From Hyaloraphidium curvatum SAG 235-1 (taxonomy: Eukaryota > Fungi > Monoblepharomycota), in NCBI GenBank assembly GCA_025558095.1, contig JAIVFI010000041.1, positions 408,504 to 472,503 of the forward strand: a stretch of 64,000 nt of DNA, in the 5' to 3' direction. The position numbers were made by a program, and so were the translations under genes. The notes below the pieces were generated by a model, which saw only the letters and a list, made by a program, of their open reading frames with translations, was not told where the DNA came from and searched no databases. Numbering within the stretch: the stretch's first letter is position 1; each line of letters starts with the position of its first letter. Positions 10,754 through 21,310 of the stretch are shown here, piece by piece.

Positions 10754-12169
10754 TCACCCGGCGCACACCGTCTCGACCGTAAAGTACACCCCCGCCGCCC
10801 TGAGCACCGTCCAGAGCCCGAACGAGAGCGTCACGCACGTCACCGCCAGCGTCCTCACCACCGCCGCGTCCACCGTGAACCCCATGTACTTCTGGCGCGC
10901 CCCCTCCGTCTGCGCAAACAGCGCCAGCAGGGCGTCGTGGTCCGCCAGCGACCTCTCCACGCGGTCCGACGGCCGCCTCGAGCGGAGCACCAGCACGTCG
11001 GCGCGGGTGCGGCGGTACAGGGCCGCGACGTCCTCGATGCGGAGGTTGGCGGCGGCGATCGCCAGCAGCGAGGTGAAGTAGATCGCGAGCACGTCCAGGA
11101 AGATGAGCGGCATCCACAGCGGCACGCACCCCGCGGCCACTGCGTTCAGGAGCAGGCCGACGATGAGCGTGGAGAGGGCGCCGAGGAACTGCGCGCGCCC
11201 CTGGGAGATGTAGGCCAGCTGGGAGGGCCAGGATTCCGCGAGGCGGAAGTGCAGCTCCACGTAGGGCTCGTCGGCGGCGGCGACGGGGACGAGGTCCTCG
11301 GCCGCGGCGCGGCGGTGCCGGTCGACCATGTCCGAGAGGAGGACCACCATGGCACGGTGCTGCAGGCGGCCCGAAAGACCCAGGATGCGGACGCTCGGGG
11401 TGTTGTACGAGAAGGTGAAGTGCGACGGCAGGGTGTGCAGGAGCAGCAACGCCGCGTAGACGGCAAAGAGGAGGATGCTCCACCAGGTCGACCACATCAG
11501 GGGGGCGAACGTCACGCACAGCGTCCAAACAGACAGGGCGTGTCCGCCGAGGAGCACTGCGCTCTGCATCGCGGCGTCGATCGGGTACATGATCCAGGAG
11601 GAGCGGACGACGGAGCTGCAGTCCCCGCACGGGCAAAGCCGGTCCGCGGGGTCGTGCCGAACGAGCGGCAACACCTGGCTTCCCTTGTCCGAGAGCAGGT
11701 CCCGCCACCGGACGAGCTGCGCAAAGGGGTTCGCGTCCAGGGACGGCACGGCGGCGACGAACTTGTGGCTCGTCCAGACACCGAGCGCGCCCAGCCAGAA
11801 CACGGCCAGGAAAAAGACGGTGATGGCGACCGAAGCCGCGGCGATTTGCTTGGTGCCGAAGGCGCCCAGCCTCGCGTTGAAGACGAGGAGGGGCACCAGC
11901 ATAAGGTACCACGACAACACCGAGGCCGCGAGGCGCGCACCCGAGTTCCGGGCCAGGAGCGCGAAACAGTGCGACACGTAGATGCGCGAGAACGCCAGGG
12001 GGATGGGCAGGCCGCGGAGGCCGGCCAGCAGCGAAGCTTCGTCGAGCGGCGCGGAAGCGCCGGCGTAGTCGCCGTCCTCGGGCAGCAGCGCGCGGCGCTC
12101 GGCGGGGCACAGGGACAGCGGCGGCAGAGGCTGCTTGGCGCCCGCCGCCGGCGCGCCGTCGTCCGCCAT
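10754..12169 (-). CDS. 7-TM membrane protein, gustatory-receptor-like (7TMIC/GRL) candidate, paralog A, intronless
   Basis: About seven hydrophobic helices, no signal peptide, long loops after TM2 and TM4, HDPADRLCPCGDC motif, C-terminal YMGFTVD...TLSFGLWTVL...ETVC. The CDS is solid; the family is inferred. Confidence 0.7.
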   Translation of the reverse strand: MADDGAPAAGAKQPLPPLSLCPAERRALLPEDGDYAGASAPLDEASLLAGLRGLPIPLAFSRIYVSHCFALLARNSGARLAASVLSWYLMLVPLLVFNARLGAFGTKQIAAASVAITVFFLAVFWLGALGVWTSHKFVAAVPSLDANPFAQLVRWRDLLSDKGSQVLPLVRHDPADRLCPCGDCSSVVRSSWIMYPIDAAMQSAVLLGGHALSVWTLCVTFAPLMWSTWWSILLFAVYAALLLLHTLPSHFTFSYNTPSVRILGLSGRLQHRAMVVLLSDMVDRHRRAAAEDLVPVAAADEPYVELHFRLAESWPSQLAYISQGRAQFLGALSTLIVGLLLNAVAAGCVPLWMPLIFLDVLAIYFTSLLAIAAANLRIEDVAALYRRTRADVLVLRSRRPSDRVERSLADHDALLALFAQTEGARQKYMGFTVDAAVVRTLAVTCVTLSFGLWTVLRAAGVYFTVETVCAG

Positions 12170-12344
12170 CCGGGCGTGTGTTCTGGGGGAAGGTTTGTCT
12201 CCGGGCGAGATCTGCGCTTGGCTCAAGGCTTGGCTACTGTCTCCCGCCCAGTGGACCTTGCCAAGATCAATGCCATTCGATCTCCCTCGTCGCAAGTGCA
12301 CCGGGTCAAGTGAAGGCACCGCACGTCCAACGCCGGCGGAAGCG

Positions 12345-13106
12345 TCAGGCCACGACCCAGACCAGATCGACCGGAGACCTGTCGCCCGCCCCGTGCCTCA
12401 ATCCCCTCCCACCACACACATCACCGCCTTTCCTCGTCCCCGATGTAGTACGGCACCACATCTTCCGCAGCGATCCCGAACCTCCCGTCGTCTACCAAGT
12501 GCGAATTGGTCGCCTCGGGCACGACGGGCGGGGCCTTGCCCGCGTGCTCGGCCTCGCGCCACCGCAAGGCGCAGAGGCACCACCTGTCGCCGGGCTTGAG
12601 GCCGGGGAAGCGGAAGTCCGGGCGGGGGGTGATGAGCTGTTTCCGGGAAGGTTTCGGGTGGCCGATCCGAGGTCGTCGGGGGTAGGCAGCAAGCGCAACG
12701 CCGCGGGCAGGACGGGACTACGAGTCAGGGCCGGCAGGGCAGTAGCATCGCGGGCATGCAAACACGCACGTCGTTGCCGCGGGATCGCGTGAACTCGAGG
12801 AACTCCTTGGTCACCTCGGCGCAGACTGCTCGCCGGCGGGATGGCAGAACGGGGTCAGCTTGCCACGCTTCCCATGGGGGCCCGCGTCCGAGACCGACCG
12901 ACATGAGTACCGGAATCCTCGGGACCCGTCACGCACCGCCCGTCGCGGTAGAACCCGGTCAGCGGTGCGAGCGAGCAGATCTCCAGCGGGCGGCCGAGCA
13001 GGTTGCGGGGGGACGCCTGCGCGGGCATCGCGGGGAGCAGCAGCAGCAGCGCCGCGAGGAGGGCGGTGAGGGCGGAAAGAACAGAAGGCGGGGGCGGGCG
13101 GGGCAT
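12345..13106 (-). CDS. DUF2237-family protein with signal peptide, spliced
   Basis: NLLGRPLEIC..PLTGFYRDGRC.TGPEDSGTH|VCAEVTKEFLEFTRSRGND|FPGLKPGDRWCLCALRWREA..GKAPPV. The 3' end is approximate. Confidence 0.8.
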
Positions 13107-13198
13107 GGGGGCCGCGGTGAGGCCTTCCCGCGGTGTGCGGAGGATCGATCGGAGCGCGGTGGCTGCGGGCTGCGGGCGGGGGAATCAGCTTGCATCCC

Positions 13199-14871
13199 AT
13201 GGAGCCGCCCACGGAGCCGGCCTCCGCCGCGCCCCCGCCGGCGCTGCTGACGCGCGAAGAATGGCTGGCGTGTTTTCCGGCCGCGGCGCCGGCGACCGGC
13301 GGGCTCGGCACCCTCCCGGGTCCCCCCGACCCGGCCGCGGCACTGCGGGACGCGGCCCCGCTCACGCAGTCGTCGATGCTGCGTGCCCTCGCCCCTTGGC
13401 CTTCGATGCGTGCCGTGCTATCCGCCCAGTTCGCGACGGGCGCGCTGCACTTCGCGATAATGCCGGCACAGCTGTTGACGCATTTCTTCAACCTGGCCAT
13501 AATGGGCGCCATGTTCTGGTTTCTGGAGCAGGCAAATTTCGCTGGCTTCGGCCGCTCCAATGCCGTGGTGGGCGTCACCGCCGGGGTCGTCGTCAACGCG
13601 TCAGGGTTGCTGTCCTATCTCGTTTTCCTGGTCTCGCGCGAAGCCAGAATGGAGTATCTGAGCTGGTTTGAAGTGAAATCGCTCGATTACAACTATTGCG
13701 CCCAGGCTGTGAGGTGGAGCGAACTCTGCTCGGGCGTTTTGAAGCATGGGGAAATGGAGGACGGTGGCTGCCTGGGCTCCTTCTCCAAAGGCCGCCTGGT
13801 GGCTCACGACCCCGACGACAAGCTTTGCCCGTGCCCGGACGAACGTTGCGCCGGTCAGCTCCTTTGGCAGGCCGCTGTGGCGGCCGCGTCGACGGCCCTT
13901 GTCGTCACGACGGCGGCCGTTACCTCGATGGGGGTGTGCATGGTTTGGACTCCTTTCGTGACCCTGCGCTTGCAGTTTTGGTCGACCTGGTGGAGCGTTC
14001 TTTTGGCCGTCGTCTTTCGTGAGCTCCTGTGTAGCCGCGCTCCTTCCGCCGCACCCCCACTCATGAAGCCCCACGCAGTAGTGTCCATGGTCACCTACTT
14101 TGTGACGTCCTTAGCGCACAACCACATAACGCTGCCCCTGCTCCGCCTCACCCTCCGGATCCACCACCGGGCGATGCACCTGGCGCTGTCGGACCTCGTC
14201 GACGGCTACCGCGCCGTGCTGGAGGACTCCGCCGCGGTCCATCGCGGTTGCCTGGAGACCGCATCCGCGTACGCTTCCCTCTATGCTCGCATAAAGATCG
14301 AATGGCAGACCCGCCTCAGGGAGCTCCTCCGCGGTCGGGGGTTCGCGGCGACCGCGGCGGCGTCCCTGGTCGCAGCAGGAGCCATCAACATCGTGAGCGC
14401 GCGCCAACCCACGGCAGGCGATCGCCCCTTTCTGACCGCCCGATGACACCGCAGATCGGCGGCTCCTGCCTCCCCGCGTACATCCCCATCTGGCTCCTCC
14501 TCGGCTTCGTGTACGTCTTCGCCACAGACATGGCCGGCGTAGCCGTCAGCAACGCCCAGATCTCGGACATCACCGCGCTCTTCCGCGACGCCCGCGCGGC
14601 GCTGGGCGAGCTCTCCATGCTCGCCACGCTCCCCGGCACCTCCCCCGCCCCGCAGGCCGCAATCATAACCTCGATCGGCGAACACCAACGGCTGCTGGGC
14701 TCGTTCGCGGACGCGGACAGGTACAAGGTCCGTCTTTTCGGCTTCGCGATTGACTATTCGGGGGTCAGGGCGGTGCTGGCGACGCTCCTGACGATCGCGC
14801 TGGGGTTGTGGACCGTCCTTAGGAGCGCGGGGGTGTTTCTGACCCTGGAGACGGTGTGCCCGTCTCCATGA
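13199..14871 (+). CDS. 7-TM GRL-like candidate, paralog B
   Basis: Introns 14019-14078 and 14393-14454; HDPDDKLCPCPDERC, WSTWWS and RIHHRAM motifs; C-terminal LFGFAIDYSGVRAVLATLLTIALGLWTVLRSAG..ETVCP. Confidence 0.7.
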
Positions 14872-14986
14872 ACGATCCCCGAGGCTGCATCCGACGACAT
14901 GCGAGCGCAGACGACTGAGCAAACCAATCAAATCAGAGCAAATCAATACAATCACATTGGGGCGCACTGGCCTCCGAAACCCCGCA

Positions 14987-17022
14987 TCACCCCTCCCCGT
15001 CCACCATCGTCCAGCTCCCCTCCATGTCCGCCAGCGACCCCACCGTGCTGCTCGACAGCGTCCGCCCCCTGATCCTCCCCTCCTCGAGCGCCTCGGCGAG
15101 CGTGGGCGCGAACTCGGGGCTCCCGGGGAGCGACGCCACCGACGCCGCGAGGTCCCGCTCCGGGGGGCCGAACGACGAGAGGAGGCGGGAGAGGAGCGCG
15201 CCCATCCTCGACGTCCGCGGGGCGGGAACCTCCGCCGTCGGGAGCGGCAGCTGTCCTGCGTCCTCGTCGCCCGTGTCCACGGGGGCGAACGCGGGGGGCA
15301 GCTCCAGCCCGTCCTCCATGGCCTCGAGCACCTCCCCCGCCACCCTCTCGAGCTCCTCCACCCCCGGCTCCCCCTCCCCCTCCGCAGCCGGAACGCGCAT
15401 CTCCGGCCTGGGCGCCGGGCTGACCAGCACCCCCTCCCCCTCGTCCTCCTCCAGCCCCACGGCCTTCCTTCGTGCCACAGTGGCCGCCAGCGCCTCCCCG
15501 GCCCTCTCCAGTATAAAGTCCGCCGCCCGCTCCGCCCCGCCTTCCTCCCCCATCCGCCGACCCATTTCCCTGCACCGCCCGGCCATGCCCCCGTCGGCCA
15601 AGCACGCTCTCACGGCCTCGAGCAGCTCCCTGCCCCCCGCCCTCCGGACCCATTTGCCCACCCCCCTGGCCTCGCACTCGCGCGCCCACAGGTACTGGTC
15701 CCCGAAGAACGGCACCACGACCGAAGGTACCCCCGCGAGCAGCGCGGCCGACAGCGTGCCGGAACCGCCGTGGTGCACGGCGCACGAGAGGTGCGGGAAC
15801 AGCGCGCCGTGCGGCACCGAGGGGACCACGTGGAACGCCGGGGGCAGGGAGAGCAGCGGGTCCGCGGGGGCGGGGGGGTACGCCGCGCCCGGGGGGGAGC
15901 CCGGGGGTGGTGGTGTGGGGGTCGGGTGGGCCCAGCCTCGGGCGAGGACGACGCGCCAGTTGCCCGCCTGGGCGGCGTCGACGACCGCGCGGAGGAGGGC
16001 GGGGGGGTCGGGGGGCACGATGGAGCCGAAGCCGACGTAGATGATGGGATTTGAAGGGGTGGCGGGGGGTTGGAGGAAGGCGAGGAGGTCGGGGGGGAGG
16101 GAGTCGGTGGATGGGGCGGAGGGGATGGTGAAGGCGCCGCTGCGGGGAAACGTGGAGGAGGGACGATCAGATAAACGGAAACAATGAGCACGCCTGACAG
16201 GCCCCACCACACATCGATCTCGTCGCCCCAGTCGGGCGGCTTGGGCAGCAGGCTCGGCGAGTAGCCGTAAACGGTGGGGATCCCCTTGGCCGGGTAGCGC
16301 CACCCTGCCCCCCTCGCGACCTCCCTCCCCATCGCCCGCTGCTCCCTCGCGTGCATCGAGTTCGTCGGCAGCCCCCTCGCCCTCCTGAAGGCCGAGATCA
16401 GCGCGCGGGCGCCGAACTGCAGCGCCTCCTCGGCGGCCACGTGGCTAGCGAGGTTGTACGCGCGGCCGAGGTCCCGCGGGGGCACGAGGAACGGGTGCGG
16501 CACGTGAGCTGTGCGGTGCCACGGCATGAAGAAGGCGTGGGCGAGGGGCAGCCTCATTGCGTCGGCCAGATGGGTGGAGCACAGCAGCGAGGGCGCGGCG
16601 ACCAGCAGGTCCGGTGCGGCCGCCAGCGCCGCGGCATGTGCCGAGTCGAACAGCTCGGCGAGAAAGGCGAGCAGCGCGGGCGCGGCGGCGGGGAGGTGCA
16701 GCAGCCCGCGGGACAGCGTGGCCATCAGCGCGTGCGGCGAGCCCGAGAGGGGGAGGAAGGCGACGCCGTGCGCCTCGACGAAGGCGCGGTGGGCTTCGTG
16801 GCTCGCCAAAATCACTTGATATGTGGTCGACGGGTCCTTAAATCGGTCGTCCGGGGAGGCCCCCGCAGCGGACGCCGGAGACGGCTGCCCGGCAGTCCGG
16901 CCCCTCTCCGCGAACGCCAGCGCCAGCGCCACGAACGGCTGCACGTCGCCGCGCGACCCGATCGTCAGCAGCAGCACCCGCACCGCTCGGCCGCCGCCCG
17001 GGGGGGCTGGGGGCGGGGCCAT
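14987..17022 (-). CDS. Sterol 3-beta-glucosyltransferase-like (GT1/UGT51 family)
   Basis: TIGSRGDVQPFVAL, PKPPDWG, IYVGFGSI and VPHGALFP..VHHGGSGT..VPFFGDQ; intron near 16141-16207. Confidence 0.9.
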
Positions 17023-17156
17023 CGTGGTGGCGGGTCGCGCGTCACGCGCCACGGAAGGGGATGTCGGACATCGGGGGCCCCATTATCAGACGGACGGGGG
17101 ATCGGACGCTAACAATGGGACTGGGGAGATGCAAGATGGGAATATTGGCAGACGGA

Positions 17157-18320
17157 TCACAGCTTGGTGGTCTTGGCGGTCAGGAACCGGTTGGGCGAGT
17201 GGCCCATGACGGTCGACGCGCCGCCGTCCACGACGACCTCCACCCCCGTCCTGGAACGAAACCCGTCAGCACTCTCTGCAACCACACGGGTCAGCGGCAG
17301 CTCCCCACATGTAGGAGCTCTCGACCGACGCCAGGAACAGCACCGCCTGCGCGATCTCCTCGGGCTCGCCCCACCTGCCCATGGGGGAGCCCTCGGCGGC
17401 GCGGCCGAGGAACTTGTCGACGCTGGAGCGGGGCAGCGAGGGGTTGGCGAGGATGTAGTCGTGGATGTCGGTGGGGAAGAAGCCGGGCTGCGCAAACGGG
17501 GGAAACGGAGGGGTCAGAAGACCGGACCGCCATCGCGTGTCGCACCCCGGCAACTCCCACGTACGTGAATGGAGTTGCAGCGTATGTTGCGATGCGCCAG
17601 GTACGCCGCCGCGTGCTTGGTCATGCCCCTCACCGCCCACTTGGCCGCGTTGTACCCGAACCCGGACCCGGCCCCCTGCAGCGCCGCCGCCGACGACACG
17701 TTGACGATGCTCTTGCCCTCGGCGGCGGCGTTGCGCACCATCGACGCCGACCCCTCGCGGATGCCAAAGTACACGCCGTCCTGGTTGATGGCGAGCTGCT
17801 TGCGCCAGTCGGACGTGGGGTGCTTGTAGATGCCGTGCTGCGCGGGGTCGTGCGCCGAGGCGTAGCCAAAGTACTGGGAACGTGGGAGGGGAGCAAAGAA
17901 GAGGCGTCCGGAGGGTGAACGCAGGTCGGCCGACGACACGGGTGAGCACGCGTCGGACCGTGCCGGCCCCGGGGACAGACGCACCTCCTGCGCGTACCCC
18001 GCGTTGTTCACCAGCACGTCCAGCGGCCCGTACGTCCTCTCCGCGAACGCCACGGCGTCCTTCCACCCGCCCTCGCTGGTCACGTCCAGCGGGAACCACT
18101 CCGCCTCGCCGCCGTCCCTGCGGATCTCCTCGACGACCTCGCGGCCCGTGGCGGCCTGCGAGGGCAGGTCCGTGACGACCACGCGGGCGCCGTGCCGCGC
18201 GAGGAGGACGGCCGAGGTGCGCCCGAAGCCGCGCTTGGAGCCGGCGCCGGTGATGAGGACCACCCTCCCGAGCCCGGTGGAGGGGTTCAGCATGCGCTTG
18301 GCGGGGGGCGGGTACTGCAT
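17157..18320 (-). CDS. Short-chain dehydrogenase/reductase, multi-exon
   Basis: ITGAGSKRGFG, LVNNAG, IVNVSS, YNAAK, IRCNSIH|PG, and MGRWGEPEEIAQAVLFLAS...VDGG. Confidence 0.9.
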
Positions 18321-18812
18321 CGCGGCGGGGGAGTCGGAAGCGGACGCACGCCGGGACGGGGCGCGGACGGATGTGTGTGGGCGAGGTGTCTCCCGCGGGT
18401 GGCAAGGGAGTTCGCGGCGCCGCCATCGCCTCCACGGCCACTATCCGGCCCGCGGTGCATCTTCGCGAGGGTTGGGGTTCGCGAGCCGGAGAAGCAGGGT
18501 GAAGGGAACGTGCGAGGGGCCCGATGCGGGGGGACGGCAAGAGGGGAGAGGGAGATGCTGAGCCGCCTCGGAGCGATCCGACTTTGAGGCGCCGCCCCGC
18601 GAGGCCGGTTTCCATCCGGGCATAGCTCAGCGCTCTGAGATCCTCTCGCATTGCGATGCGGGGGACGGCCCTGATCCGTTTGCCGGGTGTGGGTCCCGAT
18701 GACCTGCGGGCGGCTGAAGTCAAGCGGCGCAAAGCCGGGCGGATAGCCGGGCGGCCGGGCGGTCTCCGTGCGTTTTCCCCGGCCCGCCTTCCCACCCCCC
18801 CAATCCCGCCAG

Positions 18813-19826
18813 ATGGCCGCGCCACGCGCCGCCCCTCTCCGCCTCCGCGCCGCGCTCCTCGCCGAGCTCCTCGCCCTCCTCCTCGCGGTGGCGCTGGCCG
18901 CCCCCGCCGCCGGCTCCGACTGGGACAAGCTCGAGATGGTCAACCGGCACTCGGTGGCCTGCAAGGTCCACGGCGACGCAGGCCACGACGTCCGCTGCGC
19001 AAGTGGAACTACGCGTTCCGGTACAAGCTCGCCCTGCACAAGGGCCCGATCGGCGCCGTGGGGACCAAGCCGGGCGAGAAGGAGGACGAGTATTCGGCAA
19101 AGGTGGCCGTGTACGGCGGCAGCATCTGCCACCTCCCCGGGGTCCCCATCCATGACCAAGGACCGTGAGTGGCGGGCGGCGCAGCCTGCGGGCATTGTCG
19201 CTCACGGAACACGGCTCGCTCCCCCAGAACATCAAGGAGGGCTGGCAAATCATCCGCACCGAGTCGTCCCCGATGTTGTTCGGCGTGCGCCCCCTCGAGG
19301 TGTTCATAAGCCAGTGCCAGGGCAGAAGGGTGGGCGGCGGGATACAGCGAAGCAGGCTGCCGATTGTCCGGTTCTCGATGTTGCGTGCGTCTTCGCGGAA
19401 GCCCAGGCGTAGGTAGTTTACCGAGATTGTCTTCCCCAGATTGCGGTGCTTTGCACTCGTGCGCAGGAGAAGCTAGGGAAGCTTGCCGCGGAGGCCGACA
19501 TCAAGTTCGTGCAGCGGCACGCGGACGACAAGGCCAAGGACGAGATGGCAGAGCTGCTCGGGGAGCCAGGCTATGCCGAGCATCCCGTGCTGCTCGCGCA
19601 CCTGGCGCAGTACTGGCAGGCGCTCGCAAAGAAGCGGATCAAGGCCTAGGGGCGCAAGCGCCCCGAGAAGAAGGAACCGGGCGGGTCGGGGAGGAAGGAT
19701 GTTTACTTCTGCAGCAAGTGCGGGTTCTGCTGGAGCGTGCTTGTGAGCAGGGAGAAGTTCGCCGCGCACCCGTGCGGCACGGCCTTCATGGAGTTCAAGG
19801 ACCGGAGGGGAACGAGTCAAAAGTAG
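18813..19826 (+). pseudogene. Signal-peptide protein of unknown function, apparently disrupted (frameshift near 19000, in-frame TAG 19647-19649)
   Basis: Hydrophobic leader and coding-like exons. After the TAG the frame continues for 58 codons containing YFCSKCGFC...HPC. Confidence 0.45.
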
Positions 19827-19869
19827 CGTGTCGTCTGTTTTTATCGACTCATCTATCTTGCCGCCGGTT

Positions 19870-20912
19870 TCAGATCTTCGCCTTCTCGGCGCCCTTCCCC
19901 CTCTTCATAGCCCCCATGGGTATCGGCCTCGCGAGCGCGACCTGCCTCCCCACCGCCACCACCTCCCCGTTCTCTCCCCACGCCGCAACCTCGTACTCCG
20001 TCGTCGTTCCCCTCCGCAGCGTCATGTGCTGTCTGATCCGGAGCCACTCCCCCCGCGGTGGCGCGAAGAAGTGCACCGAGAACGAGATGGTGCTGTGAGG
20101 CGCCGCGTGGCCCGCGGGGACGTCGCTGCCCCCGACCATGAACCGGATCCCGTAGTTGAGCGAGCCCAGAAAGTCCGTCACGGCCGCGACGCCGGCGCAG
20201 TCCCACGGGCGGCCGTCGCGCGTGCGGATCCAGACCTCGCCGTCCTCGCCCAGCGACAACCTCCGCGGGTCGCCGGAAGGCAGGGATCGAGCGGCCACGA
20301 CGGCGGCGCCGAGGCGGTCCAGGTCCGCGTGCGAGATCACCAGCTCGTAGTTGTCGGCGAACGGCGGCGAGGGCTTGCTCCAGCCGGCGAGGTTGAAGAG
20401 CTCGCGGGCATCGCAGGCGTCTTGGCCCGGAGGAGGCACGGAAGGAAGCCGGGAATAGTAGGGAAGAGCTTCCGACGGGCCCGCATAGGGAAGTCGGCCG
20501 AAAGTGGCCTGAGTGGAGGCAAAGGGTGCCGATGATCCCGACTTGGGGTCGACCTGGGAGAGAATGCAGATCGCCGTTGCTGACAGGCCGTGACAAAGGA
20601 ACGTCAGCGCTTGAAACTGGAATTGGGCAGCCCTTGAAACCCACCGAAGCTCTTGCCCGTCTTCAGGACGCGGACCTCGGCCTCGACCGTGCTGTCCGCC
20701 GGCGGCGCGCCGAAAAATTCGGTGCCCGCGCTGAACACGTCCGGGTGTGACTCTCCAAGCACGGTGGCGATGGCCTTCAGCGCGATGGCCGCCGTGAAGC
20801 CGCCGAACGGCGCGACGGCAGGGCCGCCCCACCCCGGCGACAGGCGCAGCGAGAAGCGGCCCTTTGAAACGGGCACGAGGGCCGTTGCGCGGTCGAAGGC
20901 GTAGGAAGCCAT
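19870..20912 (-). CDS. TesB-like double hot-dog acyl-CoA thioesterase
   Basis: FDRATAL..W...PFGGF, VRVLKTGKSF, VTDF, STISFSVHF and WGENGEVVAVGRQVA; one intron; ends AKI (possible PTS1 variant). Confidence 0.8.
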
Positions 20913-21310
20913 GAATAGGGCAAAAGAGGGAAAAGAGCGGCGATTCCGAGAGCGGCGGCCAACCGGTGGATTTCGAGAGAGGGAGCCGGCGGGCCGACTA
21001 CTATGCCGCTGATGCAATTACTGCACTTCGCGCCCTACACGTCACGACCGACCCGCTAACGATGTGGCCTGCGAGTGAGGGAAGCTGAGGTCCTGAAAAG
21101 TGTGCGCCAACCGGCCCCGATCGTGTCCGTAATCGGGGCCGGCGCGCACCCGGCTCCTGAAGCCGGGGTCTCTAGCTCTACGTCTAAGTCCGAACGCAAG
21201 GTCTCCAAAGCCAGAGCGTCGCCCGCTCATAGGGTCCCCAAAGTCCCGCCGCCAAAATCCGAGGACGCCCCTCGGCTCACCCCACGCCACGCCGCCAGCC
21301 GCGGGGACCC

